Assembly (NCBI GenBank): GCA_028023455.1
Contig: JAQFVV010000002.1
Location: 8,122,001-8,186,000, forward strand
Length of the DNA stretch: 64,000 nt
Source of the DNA: Epiperipatus broadwayi
Lineage: Eukaryota > Animalia > Onychophora
Direction: 5' to 3'
Below are positions 12,290 to 25,899 of this stretch, piece after piece (the first letter of the stretch is position 1; the number at the start of each line of letters is the position of its first letter). The position numbers and the translations under genes are program-made. The notes under the pieces are model-generated. The model saw only the letters and a list, made by a program, of their open reading frames with translations. It ran no database searches and was not told the origin of the DNA.

Positions 12290-15200
12290 AGATTATTAAT
12301 TATAAGATTGTGGGGTTGAATATAAAAGGTATCAACTCCACTGCACTGCCCATGTATATGCCATAAAACACTGGTTTCAAAACAACCTACCACATATACT
12401 ATTCATGGGAGAAACTAAATATCACATAAACTCCAGCAGTATTATCATGGAAGAATTATCCAAAGTGGGTTACACTCAGTTTAGCAGTAGTAATGTAGCA
12501 GCTGGAGGAGTAGGCATAATTATAAATAATAAAAATGCTCCAGATAGTTTTAAAATTACTTACACAGACAAAAATATAATATCTATCAAACTCACATATG
12601 GAACTACCACCTTTAATGCTATATACATATACACTTCTAACAATGTCTGTTCATATATTAAAATAGTTAATAGCATCAACCTGATAATCTCCACCAGTAG
12701 CTGGCCAACAGCGATTGTTGGGGATTTTAACACTTCCTATGGAGAATTTGTCAATAAATACCTTCATCTTCTGAATAGAGGCTTTCTTAGCGGGGAAGGT
12801 TTTTTTCCAGATAGTGCTTTTTCATTCTATACCAGAAGACACAGATCTTTGATAGATCTGGTCTTTTACACAGCCGAATTTCACTACATTATGGAGGCAG
12901 TGCTTCAGCCTGTAGCATTCTCTGACCATTTTGCAGTGGTCATCTCAATGCAAATTGATAATCTCACACAACTGAATCACAACAAAACAATTACAATGCT
13001 AACAAAGGCCAACATAACTGAAGCCATCCCACCAGAGACATATATCCTATTTTCTAATAGATATACTCTCAAGACCACCTGAGGAGGCTTGGTTTGCACT
13101 AGTGGGAGTTCCGCAAACTCTAATAGTTCAGTACTCCCGCAGGTCAAAGTCCCCTACCTCATTATTAAAGGACCTAGAGAACATTAATGCTCAACTTAAA
13201 CAGTTTTCTACTGAAAGCAACTCGATAGATGACATCATCTCACTTAAGAATGAATATAAAGCAAAGCAAAAAGCCCTTGCTGAATATGTGTCTCTGAAAA
13301 GATCCAAGATATATCTGGCTCCTCAATATTGTTGGACTAGAGGATATCTCAGGTGGACACTGGGGCCACAGAAAAAACAAAATACTCCAATACTAATTAA
13401 ACATCAGGGCACCAGCATGACTGGATACTACATGCTTGAAAAAATTAAACTACACTTTGAAAACAAATTAAAAAAACACAACTCATCAGTAGATCGCGAT
13501 TGGACAAGACATTCATCCGGTGATGATCATTTGATCATAGTCCAAGATATTAAAAACAAACTATGCTCCCTTCCAGACAGCTTCCATCCCGGAATGCATG
13601 GGATACCTAAATTCCTCCTCTCCCACTTAAGCAATTTTACTGTCCCAATCATCATGTTAATGATTGACCATATTGTGCAAAAGCAAAGGTTCATTAAAAA
13701 TTTATATCCAGTTGCATTGGTGTCTTTTATAAAAAAGAGCAAAGACCCTACTGATATAAACAACATAAGACCCATATCCATGTCACCACTCTTAATAAAG
13801 ATTATAGAGGGTGTCATTAAAGATAAGATACAACATAAAATCCTGAGTCATATCATGCCCTCTCAGTATGCCAAGAAAGGCTCATCAGCACTCACGGCGA
13901 TTGGTGAAAACAAAATACTCTTGGATTACATTAGAACCAACAGAAAAATCCAAGCCCATTGCCGTACAACTTGACATATCTGAGGCATTCGACTCAGTCA
14001 ACATCAGCACACTGCTGATATTTTGGAGGCCTTGGTGTTCGATCCCAGATAATTCAGATACTGGACAATTTACTACACAAAAGGGAAATTCACATATCAC
14101 TCAATGGAGTATACACAAACAGTTTTACTCCGAATACTTCAATCCCACAAGGATCTCCACTCAGTGCTCTCCTATTGCCTGCTACATCAATCCACTTCTT
14201 AAAGACATTGAAGATAACCTGCCTGGAGTATATATACCCAGACTCAAAAGAGCGATCAAAGCAGTCGCTTACATGGATGATGTCTTGATCATTCTGTCAA
14301 CTCAGAAATATCTAAACACACTATATGAAATATTGGACAAATATACCAATCTATCAGACCTAAAAATAAATACAGGAAAATCCACAGCTTTATCTATCCT
14401 ATCTGGAAAAAAAATCAAATCGCGCTTCCAAGCTGAACCACAGAAATTTCTGGGATTTAATATTTCAAAATCACAATCAGCAATGTCTAAAGAACTTCAG
14501 GCAAAAATCCTCCAGTCCACAGACCAGATCACTAAGACCCTCTCAAAGGTATACCTTTCACTGCTAAATATAAAGATTTACAGCAAAATTGCATACTACC
14601 TGCCAATGATAAATGCAAATAAAACATTCATCAAGAAAATTGAGCAACATTGCTCAAGATTACTATGGAAAGGGCAAACTGTTACCATCAGCATGAGAAA
14701 CATGCAGGAAAACAAAAGATTAAATGGAATGTCACTACATTCCATCAATTAACTATCAGAAATCACACACTCTGATATATAATCTAGTCCAAAAGTACGG
14801 CCATGACTAGATCACCGAATCCATAATTCCTACCGTCACCCACCCCCCAAAAAATTAAGCTGGCTTGACCACCTAATCCTGTCAACAATGCAACAAAATA
14901 CAAATGCCCATAACAACTATCAAAGCAAGATCAATCTATGTAATGCCCATCGCATCCTAAAACAAGATAATCAAATCTCTACAAGATTAGGAATAACTAA
15001 TCACATGCTGATTTCCCTATTCAAGTATTGGGCTCTAGAACCAAAATAGTTAGATTACTTACTTAAAATTAATCTGGATGCCATGCCGGTCAACTGGTTC
15101 CTCAGATGTAAAAGATCTATCACCAAAGTCCAATCAATTTGACACAGCTGTGGCAGGGATGAAGAAACATTTGACCACATAATTAAAACATGCATGGGTC

Positions 15201-15490
15201 TAGGTAATATTAAAATAATAATATTTAACAATTCTAAGATAGACTACTACAAAATACTTAATATAAAAGAATGCATTAGTGGAAGAGATATTCCTACAAT
15301 CAGGCTGGCAATTTTCACAACCTATGCCATTTGGATTGTAAGGTGCAAGGCACAATACCAACATCCCAAGCCAGATGAAAACTAATTATTTATTCAGAGC
15401 ATAGAGAAATTTAAACAAAGAGACAAAACTCTTGCAACAACATTCATTTTTCAAGAGACATGGAAGCTATATCAGACTCTTCAATAAAGT
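12290..15490 (+). pseudogene. LINE ORF2: AP endonuclease, reverse transcriptase and C-terminal Zn finger, disrupted
   Basis: LNIKG (about 12,316), MGETK, GDFN, SDHFAV; IRPISM, SQYA, LDISEAFDSVN, YMDD; CGRDEETFDHIIKTC. Multiple frameshifts and stops. Confidence 0.9.
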
Positions 15491-17779
15491 TAACAAAGAA
15501 CTTAACCACTAAATACCCAACCCTGTTTTAACTCAATTATGTTAGTTCCATAACTCATCTAATATTGTAATTTTTCATTATCCATATTTGTAATGTATCA
15601 ACCATATTTATACCCATTTCATAAAGAGTGTAACACAGGTATTAATTAGTTTAATAAATGTTTTGAGATATAATACTGAGTGATTATTTATTAGCAAATA
15701 TTTTAATAAGAAACAAAAAAATAATCCATTATTGTGTCAGTATGTTGTTAAAAGCAACTATCTTGGAAACGTGGGATTTCATTCTTCTCTCTACTTGTAT
15801 TAAAGATAAGTTGGTTTATAAAATTTCCTGAATGGCTAACTTCATTGTCATTTTTTCCAGAAGAATAAATTGCAAATAAAAAATGGATAGTTTCAACCTA
15901 CACAATCTCTTGACCAATCATAGTATTATTATTATTGTCAAAATTACTACAGATCTGAAATGGATATTGCTATCATTTATTGCTTCTGCTGGCATTTTCT
16001 AACAAATAATTAATTTAAGACAGCAGCTGAATTAGATAAAATAATGATGATTTATATATTTCAGTTTTAATTTTAAAATATTAAAACGAACTTTTTGTGG
16101 TAAAAACCCTTTTATAAGCATTATTTATTTTCTTTTAATATACAATCATTATCAGTTCTGTAATAATTATTAAATGTGAAATGTAAAATGAATGCTGTAA
16201 AATGTTGATTTTACTGTTATTCTGATAAACACATTAAACATTTTGGGGTCATTCTTCACCGCAAACTAAGATAATATTAGAGATATATAAATGGTGTATA
16301 AATTAAATTAACATGTATTGGCTAATTATTATATAAATTGCATAATGCATATTTAATGATTAGGTGATTATTTGCTTTTATGTATGGGAATTGACTAATG
16401 TTACATGCATTGTCAAATTTGAAGTATTGAGAAGTATATTTAGTTTGTTATATTACTGATCCAGTTTAACCTTCATGAATCCTGTAGTATTACGTACTGC
16501 TTATCTTGATAATAAATTATGTGTGTATTTATTTGCAAAATTATATATTTATCACTACTGCCACTATCTTCATTTATATTCTAAGTTTCTTTTGTATTTA
16601 TAATGAATACAACCTATCACTCCATTCTTTATGCATTCATTGCAATGGTTACTTCAATACTAATTATTTATCATTTGAGTTTCATTTGTTTATATGAAAA
16701 ATTTGTTGATCCAAGTATATATCCGTCAATTTTCAGTACATGAATTTTGAATATTGCCAGTCATAACAAACATTTTTTTTGCAACAATAAATTAACTTTA
16801 AACTTATTCAACAGACATAGAAGCCATTTCATTATTAATTAGTACTTAGTATGATAATTAAAGGAGAATACAAGTATAGTATATCTATGCTGTTTATCTT
16901 GTATTTATAATATAAGTTTGTGATCTCCATGATCATGCAGGCTATTAAAAAAGTGATATTGTACGGTTGGTGAAAGAGAGTATTGGTATTACCTTAATAA
17001 ATAAATTAACTTATTCCATATGGGTATACTTCCATTAGTTTAGGATATTTATGGTAGCCTATGAAAGGAGTAATCTAGTCTTTTTAGCCAGTGATTCATT
17101 CTGGGATGTGTGATATCAATTAAGCTAAATCCAATATCGACTACAGAGTAAAAAATTTTTTTAAGACTCTAGCACCCAACATGAATTATTAATAAATATT
17201 TTATCAAAACCATCATTTGCTGCTGTAAATGTATGTTGTTAATATATGTATGTATTACTATTGTCAAAATTATTATGGTCCTGAACTGATGTCATCACAA
17301 ACTGATTTCATGTATTCTTTCAGAAATTAGTTATTTATGGAGCTTCAATTTATAGGAACTCGATATATAAACAAACCACCCTTATCTACTAAAGAATAGT
17401 ACATATCCTTTTAAGAATCTGGTGCCTCAACATGTAATGGCTAGATATAAAAAAAAAAAACACCTTGATAATCTGGCACCAGTACATAGGGGCAGTTACA
17501 TAATAAAGCATCCTGAGATAATAAATTTTTTTGAATAGTTGTTAATAATTATTCCTTCGACATAACTTTTATTTTTTTTATGAATTCTGGTTGCCAACAT
17601 GTTAAGTCAATATAAAGATCCGGGGATACTTGTTTTTTTTTTTTTTTAGGACTTCAAGTAAGAAAGGTTAACGATTTGGCTATTTAATTTTAAATATACA
17701 AAATTGGATCTCTATCGGATAGCATATTCTTCTATATTTAGTTATTATAAAATATATTTTGTATAAATCTAGTAAATTT

Positions 17780-19200
17780 TAAAATTTCATTATCAATCTA
17801 AGCAGCAGAATAATCCCATTTGAAAGTTTTGAAGAAAAATAAATTTTGTAGTAACGAATTTAGGAGATTAAGGGAAAGAGAACCCATTTGAGATCTGTAT
17901 CCACCTGAGGAACGGAATTATAATTTTAAAAACTTTTAGTAAAGATAATGGAGAAGAATGGGGAATTTGAGAGTAAAGAAAATGCTGAGAAACTCAGTAT
18001 GAAAATGATTTTCAACAACAGATAGAAATGGACAAAAATTCAATAAGGGAATATTTGCAAAAAAATTGAGAAAAATGGTGGACCATGCAAAACCAACTGT
18101 TGAAAGAGGAAATCAGGAAAAAAAACAAATGGATAGAAAAAAAACAAAAAAAAATTTAAATGCAAAAATCCCCAAAACTGGAGTAAAGAATGATAAAGTA
18201 AAAAAAATGATGAAAATATAGAATGATTACCAAGAAAGAAAAATTAAAGTGGACATTAACTTAAAAGAAATGGGGAATAGGATAGGTATAGTGAAAAGAA
18301 AATTACAAAGCAATCGGTCTCAAATAAAAAACCAAAAATCAATAATAAAGTAAATGAAAATGATAGAACTCTAAAGAATTTAAAACTGATATTAAGACAA
18401 CAAAAACATGCAAATTTGATGTGAACACTGATAAAGAACATAAAACTTAATTAATGTGGATAATAGATGAATCTGCAAATAATGTAGATATTTTAGCAGG
18501 ATCAAAAATTGACATGGACATTATGGAGCAAACTAAATTGAAGTCAATAATGTAAAACCATCTAAAAATAATTTAGGCAGTATAAAAAATCCAAAATTGA
18601 TGCAGATTTGACAGAACAATCTAGAGTAGACTTGGAGACTACAGAACAATTTGAAGTTGATGGGAACACTATGAATCAATCTAATATTACTATAAAATAT
18701 ATAACAACCTGAAATAGATACAGAAAACATGCAAAAAGAAACTGAACTTGATATAAAAATCATGCTTGAAAATAACAATGGTAAAGAGGCAAAAGTAAAT
18801 AGATGGTGTAACGGAACAGGTTTTTACTTGGTATGATAATAGGTTAACTAGGACATCACATTAGATAAAAAGGTCTATCTAGGATTCCTGCACTTATATA
18901 CTCACATACACTTTAATTTCATTCCTGGGAAATGAGGGGTTAATACTCACATACGTGTTAAATGATATACACTCATCTTGTCCTTACCATCTTTCCTTTC
19001 TGTCATTCCAAAATTTCAAACTCAGGGGGAATTTGCATGGTCATCTATCAATATCACTTAAAATGTGGGAATGCATACACATGTGAAGGTATATGAGGAT
19101 CGGTATGAATGCGTGAAAATATATATAACTGAGTAGGAATATATGTAGGTGTGTGAAAAGGTACGACCAATTAAGAATTGAATATAGAAATATACACAGT
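17780..19200 (+). mobile_element. Highly decayed purine-rich (K/E/N-rich) retroelement remnant, possibly gag-like, with a polypurine-like tract
   Basis: Strong purine bias on the + strand, broken frames, TCAGGGGGAA at about 19,022. No diagnostic motif. Confidence 0.3.
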
Positions 19201-19688
19201 TTTTAATTTAAACACATATATTTAACATATACATTTACAATAAGTAACATTTTAATAACAAAACTTAAAATACTTAATTTAAAGTCATCAAAAATTACCT
19301 TCAATAGAACATCCTCATTTTAATAATAGGAAAATATAAAAAACCAATGAGCTCCTTGGAATTCAGATAAAAATTTCTTATCAGCCAAACAACCAGCATA
19401 AATTTAAGCAGAGAATTTGAATTTGCAGTGCAAATAGAACTACCAGCTGCCATTGAGGTGAAATAGTAATAGAAATAACTACTTGAATATTCAAGAAAGG
19501 GATTAAAAAGTATATATATATATCAAAACGTGAAATCTCCAAAATTAAATTTGGATTATTCGAATTTCCAAAGTGTTCTAATTTTAAATCATAGAATGAT
19601 TACTTATAATTAAGATATCTAATTGCAAAAAAAATATTGCTCTTAATTCATTCAAGATATTCTAATAAAAAAATATATAAATAACAAT

Positions 19689-20047
19689 ACAATCATGCAT
19701 TGTTAATTGCAAAATCACATTGGGGAAAGAAAGTCATCACTTGTGAAGCTATAATTATCAAAACTGAGATGAAATTGTACCAAACATTTAACATCTTGCT
19801 GCGAAACATCAAATTTATTATTAATAAATGGATTGAACAACTTTACATCCACAGCAGAAGTTCTAAGGAGGAAAATTATAAGTAACTTAATGGAAGTTCT
19901 AGAACACTCATATTTAACCATCTATACCTAGAATGGATTAAATGAGGATTATTATAATTATTCATTAGGACATTTCTCTTATGAAGTTTAAAACTACATT
20001 TAGATTGACATAATCAATTTTATTTATTTTATGTAAATCTCTTCGTT
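19689..20047 (+). repeat. Dispersed repeat (LINE-like C-terminus/3' UTR); inverted copy at 28,754-29,051
   Basis: ACAATCATGCATTGTTAATTGCAAAATC...AGAAGTTCTAAGGAGG...TCATTAGGAC...ATGTAAAT.TCTTCGTT is shared in inverted orientation. Confidence 0.8.
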
Positions 20048-23000
20048 CATAGATTGGGGAGGGAGGGGGAGGGATAAGTGTTAATACTGTAGCAGTCATA
20101 TTTGATATTCAAACAACAAAATCCAGTTTTGGCAAATTATCCCAAGGCTGATCTAGATGAGGAGTTGAGACCTTCAATCCGATCGCACCTTAGTTCCTTC
20201 ACTAATACTTCATGATTTACTACCTTATGGATGATATATAGGCCATACTCGGAGTTCCTTAATTCGCATGCAGACAGTAGCAAAGGGTGGAACACAAGAC
20301 TTGAGAACTACAATGACTAACCTGAATTACCTAATAGATACACCCATCTATGGATGTTAGATGAATGAGTATATTCAAACTTAAAACTAACATGACAATT
20401 TAGAAGATGTGGTTGAATGGAAACGAGCTTGGAATAAGATGCTGAACATGTATACATTTTATATATATTTATTTGCAAAAATAAATAATAACAATATGAC
20501 AATAGTGCATGAGGTTACACCGCAGGTGTATAATGATGAATGGGTTTGGACACAAGATCTCATCTTTATTTGCACTTTATATAATTTATCAATTACAATT
20601 ATTACTACTTTATGAATTAAGTTATATACGGTTTAATATGCCTCACTTATGCTTTTGGTTAATAAGAATGATAACATTAAATATAACTTATTTATTAATA
20701 TTATAATAGCAATAAGTGTGCTCCCTATGCAGATCGTCTATATAAACTAGATCTGGAGTTCAGATCAATGCTGAACTGAATATAAAGGAAGACGAACTGG
20801 AGATTTGCAGCATAGCTTCCCAAACTATGGTGCTACATAAATTAAATAAGGGTTGTGGCTCGAATATGCAATTACTCATGGGATTCAGTACCAAGTACTC
20901 AACTCCTGTGGACCATAGGATTTGCTATCCTAAAATATAAGAACATTTAGTTCAGGTGATCAGAGCAGCTTAATATACGGTTCTGGACCCTCGTGTTCCA
21001 ATTCTAAAAGAGAGCTGCCCAAACTAAGAATAATGGGGTGGCCCTTAAAACCAAAGCCCATTTTAATAATTGGCATAACAAGGTGTAATGCACAGATGTG
21101 CTTCCTAAAGACACACTCGCAACACTTTCCAATTATCAAAATTAATAAAGCGTTAAATCTTTAGTTTCGATCTGCGAAACTACTACACGCCCATTCATAA
21201 ATTAGCATACTTAAAACATGCTAAAGGAGTTAATTAAAATGATTTATTTACTAATTAAATCTATTTAGTTTATGATAATAAACCAAGGAGGACTAAAGCA
21301 TATTTGGGACTTAACTAGTTACTTATAATATGCTTCAAAATATCATTCCTGCTATTACTTAAATAATATATAATTATTTAACATGCAAACCTGGATTATA
21401 TTAAGCAACATAATAACTTAATTAACATATAAAATAGGTTTCAGAATGGAAATTAGTATGTGTGCCATAGAACAATATAAGATTATATGAGAGCACCTAA
21501 TTGCCTTTCTACTGTATAATATTAGCAATCTCTGATCTGAAATACAGCATAGCATAATTAATAAAATATCAATACTAAGTAATGAAGGCATAACCACAGA
21601 TTGAATAGATTAAGAACAATAACTGACGACAGTTATCATATAAAAGAGAGTGTATTACTTAAACTTTTAATTAGGCAAGATCTTACAATATTATTATTTT
21701 TAAATAAGATTACATTCAGAGATTTAAACCAATAATTACAAATTCATTACAGAGTTCAATTATTAAGAGTAAATTTTAGTTTAACAGTTTGTGCATTTAT
21801 ACTATAGCTAGCTTATAAGAATTATTAGCAATTTATCAAGATTTAATTACGATCATCTTCTTGCTGTGGTGGCTTACATGGCATAGGCACTAACATTCAG
21901 TGATGGGCTACTTCATTCTTGGTGGCTTCTTGGTTAGAATGTTGTTCTTGATCCCTTCCATTTCATAGACCAGTGCCCTCCACGAGGAAAACGACGATAG
22001 GGCTTCTAGTCATGGGGCTCATGGTAAATTTGGCATAGCCTGGCTGTATTTGATTTGTAAAATGATGAGAGTTCATTTTTGAATTAAAACTGGGGTTTTT
22101 ATAGCAAATGGTTCTCACCTCCTCACAAGCCATTAAGTTGTTTATACAATTTTTAGTTTTAAATTCTTAAGTTTTAAAAACTAATAAATTTTAGTAAAGA
22201 CAAAAGATCCAGTTGGGGCTATTGACAAGTAGTGCCAGTCCAATGATTTTGTCCTTACTTTTTAACTTTATTTTTAAATTTCGGTTTTCATTTACAAACT
22301 AACGAGATGTATTTCTAAGAAACCGACGACCCTTTTCTTCTCTTTTTTAAAAGTAATTTAAGTTCTGTCAACATTCTACTATATGTATAAGACAGTCACT
22401 CCTGGTTTTAAGATTTTATATGCGAATACAAACAAATTTATAATAACTTAAGAGATAATTTAGACAAGTTGTAATGTTCACAAAATCTATCACATTAGTT
22501 TCCTTTGCATATATACATAGGTGCGCTTCTACACAAACAACGCCATTTACACAACTTACTTTAATTTAATAATTTAAAATTAGAACTGCATTATACGCCT
22601 ACAGCTTTGATTAATTAATGTACGCAATATAAATACACGAATATACTCGTTAATAGAACTTTTATACACTATTTTAGTATTAATTTAACAAATATACATG
22701 GTCTCGGATGGGTTTGAATTAGAGAAAATATACTACTATGAAACATAGTAGGTGAAATTGGATGATAGATAAATCATACTGTTTCAATCCATGAGATAAA
22801 TATTATTACCATTATTATAAGTTAAAATAAAATATACATTACGACGAGAACTTGCTTGTTTACAAATCCAATCATCATCAAGGGAAAGGCAAGATTTTAC
22901 CTAATACATATTTATTCCCTACATATGTACCATTACTCTATTATCCATTTTTTTGTTTGTTTATACTGATATTTTAGTTAAATGTTTTCAGTATATTTGA

Positions 23001-23620
23001 CTAATTATTTTTATTATAAATGGTCTTTCCTGTCTTTATTATATTTGCATTATATAACAGGGGGAATCCTTATCAATATGATGGATATGAACTTTATCAA
23101 GTTAATGAAAATAAAACATATAATTTCAATGAAATAATTTAGTGATTTAGACAATCATAAATATAACATAAATTTCATTTATGTTAATATGGACATCAAA
23201 TGGCTAGAGAATAAGGGTTTGGAAAAATAATTGAAATAAACTATAATCAAAGAGTAACCATTTAAATACCAAGTTCATAATTTTGATTTATTGTTTATGT
23301 AATTACTAGTGATTAGTATATATAGATAGTATGTTAATAACAATAAAATTTTAATTTCTTTCCTATAAAATAATCTTTCCTTTCATGCTTGCGTTTACTC
23401 TATCCAATCATATTTCCCTCGTATGCATTGTTATAGTGTATCGGAGTTACATCACAATTAACGGGATAATTTTAATAAAGGTTAATTGTCGTGTATGCGT
23501 TTTTATAGTTTAATTCAAATACATATTTATCATATAATAAAGTTAGGGGTTTAAATGTAAATAATAACTAGTGGTTTATCAATTATAGTGCTTCATTTTT
23601 ATTAATGTAGTGTTTAGTAG

Positions 23621-25785
23621 TGTAACGGGCACATACGCACGTTACATTGTTTTTTATTATTAAACATGAAAAAAATAAAAGTTCGCAAATAAAATTTTTT
23701 TTTTTTAAGAATTGAAAATTCTATACTAAACTCATATATATATAAACGCACAGATGAAAAAAAAATTATTAAAATAAAACTTTATTAAAAATAGAAAAGG
23801 TATTTTAAAAACAAAAACTCAACAAGATTTAGAGATAAAAATATATCTTTAAGTTTGGAAAACACATTAATTAATCAGAAAATGGAAATGATTGTTTTAA
23901 TTAGTTAAATATAAACTAGCCCTTGGGCATTTAAAATGTATAAGCAAAGGTCAGATAGAAGAGAAAAACAATGGAATCGGACCTCAGCGAAAGGACCATC
24001 ACATCGATGACATAATGTCAATTGAATCCTTAAAATTAATATAAAAGGAAAAGATTGGTTTAATAGTTATTAAGAGAGGACAGATATGTGTTAAGTTGGA
24101 AAGGGTTGGAGAAGGGATTGAAAGATGCACTTTCAATTCCTTCAGTTGTTCAAAAAAAAAATAAAACATCGTTTTCCAATATTGCGGACCACAGGACATC
24201 AAGGTCCGGAAGAATACCATCAACCATAAAGGACCAACGGTTAACTGCACACCAATTTCCTTATGACTTCGTGGGAATTAACACCTTCCATTACAAGAAA
24301 TCAGAGACTACGGACATTTTTCAAAACAGTAAGAAATATATAATTAATGAACATTTCTAAACAAAAGAACTCTAAATGCTAAACGTTTCAATATTTTAAA
24401 TAGAAGAATTTCCTGACTAAATTAGTTATAATTTTATTTGATGTATTTCTTTTTTGTAAAATCATTTCCATTTATTTTTTCTTGTTCTTTAAGTTTTTAT
24501 TATGATTTCTGTTTTTTGTTAAATTAAATTATATAAATGTTAAACTTACGTCGGCGTGAATGGCTGTATAGATTTGTAAAGTTATATTAGTGGAAGGTAA
24601 TCTTAGGTTATTTGTTTCGTAGTTGAATTAGGTCAATGGATTGGATATATTGGTGTAATTAGTAGATGTAGTACGAGATTCGCTACGGGCAGAATCGCTT
24701 TATACGCTGCACACTCGTTTTGCCTATGGGAGGAATTATAAGACGGAGACCGCAGTTCCTTTCTATGGAGTTTTTTTTTACTGCTCTTATCGTCAGATAG
24801 ATGTAGTATTCCTATCTGACGAGAAGCAATTTCTTCTCTTAACCTAATTGTGCTGTCGTATTTCGTATTACATTGAACACATCGATATATCAGATGGATT
24901 GACGCCGGTTTAGCTGCGAACTTTTGGCCTAAGGTTAAATAAGGATAGAATATTTTATTTCAAATGCAAATCTATGTAGTCTATTCATACTCGACACTCT
25001 AAATAAAAATTGCATTAAATTTAAGTTGGGTATGGACGTTGCATGGATTCGTTATTGGTTAATTATGTTTTTGGTGTTCATATTTGATCAAAATATATAG
25101 ACATTCGGTAAATGATACCTTACGGTGAGTATCTAAAATGTATTTATTTGGATGTCTTTTAACTTATTGGTGTCAATGCGGTATCTTATGATGAATACCA
25201 TTGGGTTTCTTGTATTCCCTATGCAATTGACGGTATCAATGACTTTGTATTTTGAACGTTTATGTTCATTTTGAAATGTTTTTTAACCGTGTAATCTATG
25301 TAACCGATTTATACTCAACATTAAAAACACATTTTATAAATCCATCTGTGCGAACTTATAAAAATTAAAATGCAAACTTATAAAAATTAAAATGTAAAAT
25401 CAAATTCTAAAATCAAGCTAAAATTATAAAGTAAAAGTAATGTTAAAATGATTCAAAATTTATATGTGCGTTAATAAATGTTTGTGTGTGTAATTACTGG
25501 CAGTGGCTTATTTTATTCTTTTTTTTATATATCTTAGATAGGAATTTAATATAAAATATAAATTTCTGCTGTTCCACTGAGTTAGTGACAATGGGCTAAT
25601 GACCGGATATCAAAATATATAAAATAAAAAAAAATAATTTTTTTTTTGACTTATATAAAATAAAAAAAAATAATTTTTTTTTTGACTTATGTATCTGCCT
25701 ACTTTATAAATTTTTCTAGGTTCAAATGCCTAGATGGCGCCCTGTAGTGCAGATTATGTTAAGTCGCTAAATCCGGATCGTTATA
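23621..25785. mobile_element. Solo-LTR-like insertion (2,165 bp) with 4-bp TSD
   Basis: Termini TGTAAC...GTTATA; GTAG at 23,617-23,620 and 25,786-25,789. Joined flanks reconstruct the uninterrupted repeat at 44,858-45,058. Confidence 0.75.
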
Positions 25786-25899
25786 GTAGAGAATGTTATT
25801 ATATAGGGTCTTGGATTCAAATTAGGCCAAACGGTGTGTAAATGATACTGAAGAGATGTAAGGGCTGCATCTTACATTATCCCACCAGTAAAAAGGTGT

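Larger units (their letters stand above)
10125..15678 (+). mobile_element. L1/Tx1-like non-LTR retrotransposon, about 5.55 kb, probably 5'-truncated, decayed
   Basis: ORF1 with a CCHC knuckle, then APE endonuclease, RT and C-terminal Zn finger. Flanked by AGTGATT at 10,118-10,124 and 15,679-15,685; the uninterrupted target is at 49,960-50,030. Confidence 0.9.
9855..17150. repeat. Ancient unclassified dispersed repeat, copy A (9,855-10,124 + 15,679-17,150; split by the L1/Tx1 insertion)
   Basis: Collinear blocks, roughly 70% identical by eye, with 49,725-50,030, 53,120-53,970 and 56,100-56,700. Confidence 0.75.

Noticed and set aside
21840-22130. Minus-strand MADF/BESS-like fragment ending PPQQEDDR
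   Set aside because: The resemblance rests on a few residues in a stop-ridden frame.
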